Part shown: positions 38,594 through 46,611 of the stretch, piece by piece
Layout of the letters: each line of letters begins with the position of its first letter
Position numbering within the stretch: position 1 is the stretch's first letter
Assembly (NCBI RefSeq): GCF_000315625.1
Contig: NW_005434602.1
Span: forward strand, 305,848 to 369,847
Length of the DNA: 64,000 nucleotides
Direction: 5' to 3'
Source: Guillardia theta CCMP2712
Lineage: Eukaryota > Protista > Cryptophyta
The notes under the pieces: generated by a model
What the model was told of the DNA's origin: nothing
What the model saw: the letters and a program-made list of their open reading frames with translations, nothing else
The model's database searches: none
Position numbers and translations under genes: made by a program

Positions 38594-39001
38594 CTATTTT
38601 TGGTTTGTTGTGTTGGGAGGGTTGGTAACTTTGTCGATATTGTCGCAGGTATCCATGAGGGTTTTGCTGATTGTTTGCAAGAAGTTTTTCATGTCCTGAG
38701 ATACTCTTTTTGCTTTTGATTTTTTGTCGATTTCTTCGAGTACCCATTTGATATCTGTTTCGATATGATCGAGAAGCACCTGAAGCGTGCTCATGTATGT
38801 GTTGACCTCCGTGTTGTTCATATTAATTTGATTGCTTGTTCTCCGTTCTGTGGTGAAGGCGTGGCCTATCCTGGCTGCAAGAAGGGGGTATGTGATAGGG
38901 ATGTAATTGAGGGGTCGAGGCCAATCCCTGGTGTCGGTGGTAGCGTACAAAAAGGTACCAAGCCCAGCTCCGAGGGTGGTTGGAGTGAGGTAGCGTGCCA
39001 T
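38594..39001 (-). CDS. Hypothetical protein, 135 aa, hydrophobic N-terminus plus helical C-terminus
   Basis: ATG ORF with an adjacent paralogous remnant. Confidence 0.65.
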   Translation of the reverse strand: MARYLTPTTLGAGLGTFLYATTDTRDWPRPLNYIPITYPLLAARIGHAFTTERRTSNQINMNNTEVNTYMSTLQVLLDHIETDIKWVLEEIDKKSKAKRVSQDMKNFLQTISKTLMDTCDNIDKVTNPPNTTNQK

Positions 39002-39154
39002 GGTGTGTTTCTGTGGAGGTTCGGTTGGATCAATATATACTTAGATAAGTGACACCCGAGCGGGAAAAAATTGATTGCCAACGATATGTTTTTGAAGAAA
39101 GGACTTGTGCATAAAGGACGTCAGATCTACAAAGTTCAACGAGAAAAACAAAAA

Positions 39155-39352
39155 TCATGTTTTTTCGATATCAGCAAGAGTCTCCTTGAGGATTTCGTGT
39201 ATTGATTGCAAGAAGTTTTTCATATCCTTAGACCCCCACCTTGTATCCAGGATCGGTCACGCCTATACATTGAGGTGTCGAGGCCAATCCTTGGTGTCGG
39301 TGGTAGCGGACAAAAAGATACCAAACTCGGTTGGAGTGAGGTAGCGTGCCAT
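39155..39352 (-). pseudogene. Internally deleted tandem paralog of 38594-39001
   Basis: MARYLTPTEFGIFLSATTDTKDWPRHLNV*A*PILDTRWGSKDMKNFLQSI; upstream ~80 bp also duplicated. Confidence 0.8.
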
Positions 39353-39487
39353 GGTGAGTTTCTGTGGAGGTTGGATTGGGTCAATATATACACTTCAATA
39401 AGTGAAAGCGAGAACAAATTGATTGCCGACGATAATGTTGTGATTGGAGTGTATATATGTTTTTGAAGCAAAGCCCTGCCACGTGTT

Positions 39488-40630
39488 GTGAGGATGGAAA
39501 ATGCACATCAGTTGCAGTACATAAAGAACAGGGATATTGATGATAAGCTGTTAGATGAAGCGTTCAAAAAATTCGAAGAAATCCAAGCACTTGGCTACAC
39601 AGACGCGGCATTTGACAATAGTCTTGATGATAATGATTGGAGGCAATTATGTATTTGCTTGGATATTTTCTGGCGGTACATGCATGCGTTGGATACAAAG
39701 AAGTTTGACAATGGAAATGGGAATATGGAGCAACGGGTGCTTGAGATCTGGGAGAAACACAAACGCCTCTTCACGAGTTTCTACAATTTTTACGCAATGC
39801 TCGAAGGGACCTCACCGTCGAAGGCGTTTCATGGGGCAGACTTGCGGAAAAAAGAGAAAGTGAGCATAGAAACCGTGTTGCAAATGAACCGTGATATGTT
39901 CTGGGGATGGTTTCCAAATATACAAGGAAATAAGAAAGATCTAACGAAAAAATTCAAGAAAATTCATGAAGCCCCTGTAAAGCCTGACCAAAACTATCTA
40001 TTCGTTGGGTTGAGTTCAACGAAGAGGGAGGCGTTCGACAAGCTTTACAAGGACACGGCGCTTATGATGTGCATTGTTTTGTGCGAGGATCGTGCTCCAG
40101 TATCCAATAGGTCGATGGATTTCGTACAACAGTTTGGTTTGAAGAGTGGTCAACAAGAGGATACCCCCGAGAGTTCGAGTAATGAAATGTCCGATCAAGA
40201 AGGCTCGGAACATATTTCCAGTCCGAGTAATGAAATGTCCGATCAAGAAGGCTCGGAACATATTTCCAGTTCGAGTGATGAAATGTCCGATCAAGAAGGC
40301 TCGGAACATATTTCCAGTTCGAGCAATAGAATGCCCGATCAAAGAGGCTCGAAACATAGTTCCATTTGGAGTGAAGATGAGGAAGAGGAGGATAATGTTC
40401 GCAGCAGCTCAAGCAATGCGATGGGGGTCAATTTGTTGAAGAGGCGGGTTGGCGACCTTGTGTTCTTTCCCCTTGTCTATCCTCTTGTTTCTGCGGGGGT
40501 TGGACCGTTTGTATCTAGGAGGCCATGGTATGTCAGACATCCCTTGTATGCGGGGGGGTCTGTGCTGGGAGCTGGAGCGGTGGCGTCGGCGATGCGGCCG
40601 TATTTTGGGCGCTACTATCAATTTTATTAG
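39488..40630 (+). CDS. Hypothetical protein with 19-aa acidic/Ser repeats and a hydrophobic C-terminal module shared with 44542-46143
   Basis: 57-bp repeat x3; PLVYPLV...RRPWYVRHPLYAGGSVLGAGAV. Confidence 0.7.
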   Translation: MRMENAHQLQYIKNRDIDDKLLDEAFKKFEEIQALGYTDAAFDNSLDDNDWRQLCICLDIFWRYMHALDTKKFDNGNGNMEQRVLEIWEKHKRLFTSFYNFYAMLEGTSPSKAFHGADLRKKEKVSIETVLQMNRDMFWGWFPNIQGNKKDLTKKFKKIHEAPVKPDQNYLFVGLSSTKREAFDKLYKDTALMMCIVLCEDRAPVSNRSMDFVQQFGLKSGQQEDTPESSSNEMSDQEGSEHISSPSNEMSDQEGSEHISSSSDEMSDQEGSEHISSSSNRMPDQRGSKHSSIWSEDEEEEDNVRSSSSNAMGVNLLKRRVGDLVFFPLVYPLVSAGVGPFVSRRPWYVRHPLYAGGSVLGAGAVASAMRPYFGRYYQFY

Positions 40631-40675
40631 CTACTTTCATGACATAGCTGGAGCGGTGCCATCAGCGATGCCATT

Positions 40676-41332
40676 TCACCCTTGAAAATCAAGCCCCATG
40701 ACAGCACGTGAGCGCACAAGCGCCTTGACGAGCTGCACGTGTAAACGCATGATCAAGGGTTCCCATTTCTCTACAGTTGGATTCGTCTCCAAGGTCGGAA
40801 GGGACTCCTTGACTCCCTCTATATACCCACGTAAAGTGTTCAAGGACAGAAAATACTCTCCATATGAGGGATTCCACAGGCCCGAGACTGCAGAAACGAG
40901 CATTTCAGCCGCATGATTCAGTGCCCTTTTCAGCGACTTGTAATTTTCCTGGCCGAGCTGATGATACCTGGAGTTGAAGAACTGACCCAATAGCAATAAC
41001 GCAGTAGTGTTCTTCAAGAGAGTTTGCAGTTGATGGACGTGGCTTGATTTGTTCAGTTTGTCAAACGGGACCTTTACCAAGTGATTTACATACTCGAGAT
41101 CCTCCTCAACGCGGCGAAGGATCACTCGACTCTGACGAAGCCTCTCAATCATGTCGAGGAGGGGTTTCGTTGGTCCCTTCTCCAGAGCACCAACGAAATG
41201 GGTGAGCGACTGTATCTCAGCATTCAATAGAGTGTGGTTTTTCAGATCACTTTCCAACGAAAGCCAGAGCGGAACTCCACCTGCTTGAGCGGGGGTCATC
41301 TGCTGCGATCTGCAGCGGGCACAGATGAGCAT
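40676..41332 (-). CDS. Hypothetical alpha-helical protein, 218 aa
   Basis: Intronless ATG ORF. Confidence 0.6.
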   Translation of the reverse strand: MLICARCRSQQMTPAQAGGVPLWLSLESDLKNHTLLNAEIQSLTHFVGALEKGPTKPLLDMIERLRQSRVILRRVEEDLEYVNHLVKVPFDKLNKSSHVHQLQTLLKNTTALLLLGQFFNSRYHQLGQENYKSLKRALNHAAEMLVSAVSGLWNPSYGEYFLSLNTLRGYIEGVKESLPTLETNPTVEKWEPLIMRLHVQLVKALVRSRAVMGLDFQG

Positions 41333-41406
41333 CCGATGTCGGATGTGGATTCGACCCCCTTTTTAATATTTATCTGCTTTTATTGTAGTTGAATTTGTAG
41401 CATTAA

Positions 41407-43079
41407 CTACAAGTCTCTTTCAAGACGAGCAATCCCGTCGTTGAGGGATTTCTTCAATTTAGCAAAGGTAACCTCTGCCAGAGCCTCCAACAATCCGAGA
41501 GTTTTGATGTAGAGCTTGAACCTTTGTGTGGGGAAAGGGAAACGGTCAGCGTAGAGGTAAAAGTCAGGCGACAGTCACCTTCGAGAGTAGTGCTTATCGA
41601 TCGATGCCGAGTCTGAGGCCTTTACAAGTTCGCTTTCCAAGTCCTTGTTGATTGCGCTCAACAAGCTCATCCAGCAGCGTGCTTTGGCGAGCACCGCAGC
41701 AACCTCCGGGAACTTTATGCATTGAAGGGAGCTTTCCAATGCCACATGGAAGAGTTTCCTCTCGATGCCCGAGAAGGGGATCGAGGGGCCCTCCTTGCAA
41801 CTGTTTTGAAAAGAGAAAGAGTCATGGAAGGGTTGAAGCAAGAGGGAGGGCTCTCACTCAATCAGGAATTCGCAGGTCTTGTCTGCGAGGGAGACCACGA
41901 GTTCGACAAGCGCGGGGCTACGATGTTCTGGCTTGAGGGCCTCCATCACGTGGTTGTAGCCGTCGAGGAACATCGCGGCGTGAGAGTCCTTGAACGGCTC
42001 GTGCACGGAGTTGAGGTGCGAGGTCACCTGCTTGAGGACGTTGTCGGAAGTCATCAGCTCCCTGACTTTCTCCGAGTGCTTTGCAAGTGCTGGAATGGCG
42101 TAGTACATCTCGGAGTGAATGAACTATTGAGGGTATGGTCAGCGATGGGTAAAGAGGGCAACCCGCTTTACATTGTGGTGGAGACGGAGCTTGGAGAACA
42201 CGCTGTAAAAGATGTTTTTGGCTTGCTCTGGATCGAGTCCAATGGATTCGTACATCTCGAACGCGTTGAAGACCGGGGCGAGCTCCAACGCGTTGTTTTG
42301 CTTCGCGAGCATCACAAAGACTTGGATCTATTCAAGGAGTCAAGCGATAGGATGAGGGGCGATGGTTGAGGGGTACCTGGTCCGCATTGAGCTTCGGGAG
42401 GTGCTTTTCCTTGATGATCTGGGACCTTTGGTCTTCGGAGAGGCCAGGGTTGGAGAGATTCACCTGGGTCCTGACGCTGCTCATATACTCGGAATGGACA
42501 TCTATAAGGGTCAACATGAGATCAACCAGGATCACGAACGTCCCCTTCTTCTCCACTGCCGGCATGCAGTCGATCAGGGTGTAAACACAGAGCTCTTGCT
42601 CCTGGATGTGGAACTGCTTGAAGTCGCGCAGGAGGAGCTGTGACAGCACCGCCCCCAGCGCGTTGGTCACCGTCGGGGAGTCCCTGTGCCCGGCGGCGGC
42701 GTTGCACACGATCCTGCAAAGGGAAGGACCACGGGGTCACGAAAACTGCAAGGAACACAGAGGTCGCTCACCGGAGGCGCTCGGCGCTGTTGACGCAGTT
42801 CGCCCGCAAAATGGAGTTAGTCTTGAAAATCGCCGAGAGAGCAGCCTCCACAACGCTTGCGCTGTCTTTGAACTCGGAGAGAATGTTGAAGCAATCCATG
42901 GTCGAGTCTAGGGCAATGTTCTGGATCCCCTGCCCTGCGAGGATGAGCATGGCTTTTTGTTCGCTCTGCAGCCTCTGCAACGGTCCCCCGAGATCATCCG
43001 ATTCTGAGGAGGTCTCGCGGGAGGTGTTGACCGAGCGAGCGCGCTTCAGTTTTGGCGAGAACAGATCTTCGTGCTGCAT
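41407..43079 (-). CDS. Spliced helical-repeat (ARM/HEAT-like) protein, 6 exons
   Basis: Five ~50-60-bp GT-AG introns join ORF fragments 42768-43079, 42332-42709, 41854-42108 and 41575-41841 in frame; starts MQHE..PKLKRAR. Confidence 0.7.
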
Positions 43080-43221
43080 TCTGCGTGTTTGTTGGCTGGC
43101 AGAGATTTTAAAAAAACCGCGGACAGGCGAATGATTTAAAGGGATTTACTACTGAGCCTAGAAGTATTTATTGGCAACCAGACAGAAAATAAATTAATGA
43201 CGTGTCTGTTTTAACAGGGGT

Positions 43222-43870
43222 AGTACCGGTCCGTGTCCAAACAGAGACCCTGTCAGTCACAGGGTACTCAAATTACCCTCTTGGTCATCGGTTTTTTAAA
43301 AAAGAGTTTTGTTTGTACCACCGGTACATATTCCAAAGAGATACAGTCCAACGAGGGGTACTCATTACCCACTTTTTCATAAGTATTTTAAAAGGAGGTG
43401 GCCATCAATATTTTTAAAAAAGTGTTCTTTTTACCACCGGTACAAAATAGAGATAGATACAGTCAAAAGAGGGGTACTCAAATACCCTCTGGGTCATCAA
43501 AATTTTAAAAGGAGGTGGCCATCAATATTTTTAAAAAAGTGTTCTTTTTACCACCGGTACAAAATAGAGATAGATACAGTCAAAAGAGGGGTACTCAAAT
43601 ACCCTCTGGGTCATCAAAATTTTAAAAGGAGGTGGCCATCAATTTTGTAAAAAGAGGGTTGTTTATACCACCGGTACATAATAGAGATAGATACAGCCAA
43701 ATGAGGGGTACTCAAATCACCCTCTTGGTCATCAAAATTTGAAAAGGAGGAATATATAAAATATTTCTGATCGAAAGTATTTTAAAAAATGAGCACCGTA
43801 TACTACCGGTATGTCTTCCACTGACATGCAGGCAAACGAGGGGGTCCTCAAATCACCCTCTTGGTCATCA
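43222..43870. repeat. Tandem array, ~117-bp unit x5-6
   Basis: CCACCGGTAC...GAGGGGTACTCAAAT...GGTCATC at about 43318, 43434, 43551, 43668, 43803. Confidence 0.95.
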
Positions 43871-43969
43871 TTGTTTTACCTATAAACGACAAACTAAAAT
43901 AAATTTCAAAATCTAAGAAAGTTTGAAGTCTACAAGCTATGGTATGTACCCCCATCGGGAGCATACCCG

Positions 43970-44210
43970 CTAAGAGCGAACAAATGAATGTTTCTCTTAA
44001 CGACCCTCAATAGTCAAAGACTACTGAGGGTGATGATACAAAGGTCTTTGCAGGAATACAGGTCTTGCAGGAAGTGTCCTGAGACTAAGTAATATATTCA
44101 TGGCTGCATTGACATCCCAGGAACAAATAGGGTCTTGAAACATTTGGTGGAGCAACACCATTTCAACCCCCAACGCTTGATCTTCGTGTATTATGTTTCC
44201 CTTTTTGTAT
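43970..44210 (-). ncRNA. Predicted omegaRNA of the ghost (scaffold plus guide starting ATTCATTTGTTCGCTCTTAGC); 5' end unknown
   Basis: Conserved hairpin ACCCTCAGTAGTC-TTT-GACTATTGAGGGT; conservation boundary at 43990. Confidence 0.65.
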
Positions 44211-44404
44211 TGAATGTATCAAAACATCACATCTTTTTTATTCACTGGGTCAGCTTTCGAATTTGAATATACCCATCACATTTATATCCTTTTTTTCAAC
44301 AAAAAACATTCACCACTAGGGTACATTACTTATCATAAATTTGATACAATTTTTGCGTTTATGAATCTTGTGATTCCCTGGGGAATCCTTTTGTCGTATA
44401 AAGG
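43990..44404 (-). mobile_element. ORF-less Fanzor 'ghost': left end/promoter fused to the last ~230 nt of the element
   Basis: Reverse complement of 44404-~44215 aligns to 50440-50640 up to the ATG; ~44214-43990 aligns to ~52360-52589 (about 84% over the last ~177 nt by manual count); homology ends at AAGAGAAAC. Confidence 0.9.
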
Positions 44405-44541
44405 ATAAAAAAAATTTGTCAAAAGAGTTTGTCATGCCTGGAAGACACAACTCGGCTCTCAACCTCGTTCAAACAGAGATCATCTCGCACCAACTTGAGA
44501 GCTATGATCAAGGTATCCCTGCAATAACACAATCAAAAGCC

Positions 44542-46143
44542 TCAAACATTTCCGGCTCTCTCACGGGAGCGGGCTGCGGCAGCCCCGATCGCCGCTGCAC
44601 CGCCGATGCTGGCACCGGCCATGATGGGATAGCGGATGTAACCGGGCTTCCTCCGAAGAAGAGGATTCAACTGCCAGTGGACCACGGGGTACACGAGGGG
44701 GGCATAAAGCAAGTTGCGCCATAGGGAGCTGGGAGGGGGCCGCGATTCCGGGAGGGGGTGGTGTGAGCGGAGGTTGAGGCTCGTTTTTGGAGGCTGGGAG
44801 AATCTCTTGGTGTTGATCAGGCAGATCGCCCTTGATGACAGATAAAAGGTGTCTAGCAGCAGCTTGTAGAAGTCCGCAGCCATGTCGTGGGAGACACCGG
44901 GTGAAGCTGCGGTCAGAGCATCGGAAAAGTGCCTTTCGCTGGGAAGTGCGGTTCCTGGATTCTGGATGAAGGGGTTGTTTAGATCCCAATAGCGATAACT
45001 CTCATCCATCAGCTTGAAGTGCAGTGTGGACTTGTCATTGATCAAAGACAAGGGTCGGAATCTGTGCAGGAGTTTTTTCAGGTCATCTTGATAGAATCGA
45101 TGATAAGGCTGCACAGCTTCTATCACGTCACGGATTCTCTGCAATACAGAGGATTGATTGATCCGCACGTCCATGTGATGCCTTGCGAGATCCATGTTTT
45201 TCCATAGTTGGAGAATCGAGGTACAGAAACTATCCAACTTCTTTGCCGTTTCCTGCAGGGATGCGACGGAGTATGGGTCGTGGGAGGGTTTTGTTTTGTT
45301 CGGGATGAGCTCCTCCAGCTCCGTGAAGATCAACCTTTGATACGCAGGTTTGGATGTGGTCCTGTAGCCATCAAAGGACCATTTGTAGCTGTCGTAGCCC
45401 TCGTGATTGGTTTTCAAGATATCTTGAAGGTCTTGCGAATATGTTCGTTGGTATGAACGCCACGAGATTTTATCTAACGACTTTATGATCAGTGAGATCA
45501 ACAGAGCAACTTCTCTGAGGTTGTTGGTGGGGTTGTTCTTCTGGTTGGTTGGATACTCCTCGCCGTAGAAGAAGGTGAGGGATGTCAGAACGTCCTTTTC
45601 AGTCTGTTCAGAATTGCCGTAGATGAAAGAGTTGAGGAGACTCTGCCACTGCAAGACCCCCTTTTTCAACTCAGCAGCGTCTGCCTTCAGTGACATCTTC
45701 GCAATTGTGGGCGCGATTAGGTTCGCTTCAAAATTTACCCCGAGTACATCGGTGTGGGCCTGCACTACTTGAGCAATGGCTAGGTCCCTCTCCGATCTCG
45801 GCTGTACAGAGCGCCTGAAGATTTCAATGGATTCCATGAGTTCTGATCGGATGAGATTGCTTTTCAGCTGTGGGTGTTTGTCGATGAGAGGATCAAGGAC
45901 TTGGAGCAAGAAGAAAGAGACTATCTTCATCGATACAAGGAAGCTCTCATCGTTCATCAAGTCAAAGACCTCATTCTCGAGCTCATTCAAGGCATCCAGC
46001 AGCATATCCTTTCTTTCATACCGGTATCCTGTCTCAAACCAGCGGAAATTGAAACTTGTCAGCCATTCATCGGGTTGGTCAACCATGTTTCTCACGCGTG
46101 ATCCGTTTTGAAATAAATAGTGAAAAAAACCAAAAGATTCCAT
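44542..46143 (-). CDS. Hypothetical helical protein, 533 aa, with the shared hydrophobic C-terminal module
   Basis: Long intronless ORF; PLVYPVV...RKPGYIRYPIMAGASIGGAAAI. Confidence 0.75.
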   Translation of the reverse strand: MESFGFFHYLFQNGSRVRNMVDQPDEWLTSFNFRWFETGYRYERKDMLLDALNELENEVFDLMNDESFLVSMKIVSFFLLQVLDPLIDKHPQLKSNLIRSELMESIEIFRRSVQPRSERDLAIAQVVQAHTDVLGVNFEANLIAPTIAKMSLKADAAELKKGVLQWQSLLNSFIYGNSEQTEKDVLTSLTFFYGEEYPTNQKNNPTNNLREVALLISLIIKSLDKISWRSYQRTYSQDLQDILKTNHEGYDSYKWSFDGYRTTSKPAYQRLIFTELEELIPNKTKPSHDPYSVASLQETAKKLDSFCTSILQLWKNMDLARHHMDVRINQSSVLQRIRDVIEAVQPYHRFYQDDLKKLLHRFRPLSLINDKSTLHFKLMDESYRYWDLNNPFIQNPGTALPSERHFSDALTAASPGVSHDMAADFYKLLLDTFYLSSRAICLINTKRFSQPPKTSLNLRSHHPLPESRPPPSSLWRNLLYAPLVYPVVHWQLNPLLRRKPGYIRYPIMAGASIGGAAAIGAAAARSRERAGNV

Positions 46144-46188
46144 CGTTTCGACAGCTTTACTGAAAACAAACAGTACACGAATCTACCC

Positions 46189-46407
46189 TCAGTTCTCCGC
46201 AGCGCTCTCAGTAGCATACTCGTGGTACATAGTCAAGATCTGCTGCAGTGTGATCTGACTGCCAGGATTCAGGACGCAGAACCTGAGCACTGGCTGTGCA
46301 CGATTGTGCTGGATATCAGCAATCATCCTCGCGCGTTTGGCGGGGGGAGGAACTGCGGCAACGTCGTTGCGAGCGGGGGGAGGGGAGGGGGTTCTCAATC
46401 GCTGCAT
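46189..46407 (-). CDS. Small hypothetical protein with PAKRAR NLS-like motif
   Basis: GC-rich ATG ORF between AT-rich spacers. Confidence 0.4.
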   Translation of the reverse strand: MQRLRTPSPPPARNDVAAVPPPAKRARMIADIQHNRAQPVLRFCVLNPGSQITLQQILTMYHEYATESAAEN

Positions 46408-46611
46408 TCAGTCTGGTCCCGAGTTTGCCGCGGCGGTTTTGCCCGGTGATTCTTTTAAAGTAATTTTAAAACATGTTTTAATGTTGTTTTTAAAACTCGT
46501 TTTTCAAAAATAGTTTAAAACACATTTTAAAAAATAACCCGTCAGCCATTGAGTTTTTAAAAACACCCACGGATTTTAAAATATTCTGTTCTTTCTGGTG
46601 CTGAGAACGCC

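Larger units (their letters stand above)
30889..44404 (-). mobile_element. Putative 13.5-kb non-autonomous cargo transposon with perfect 24-bp terminal inverted repeats, carrying the Fanzor ghost at one end
   Basis: CCTTTATACGACAAAAGGATTCCC at 30889-30912 and its exact reverse complement at 44381-44404; flanks TTAA (30885-88) and ATAA (44405-08). Confidence 0.65.

Noticed and set aside
39400-39425. Loose similarity to the reverse complement of the ghost guide
   Set aside because: Needs gaps and seed mismatches; not a credible target
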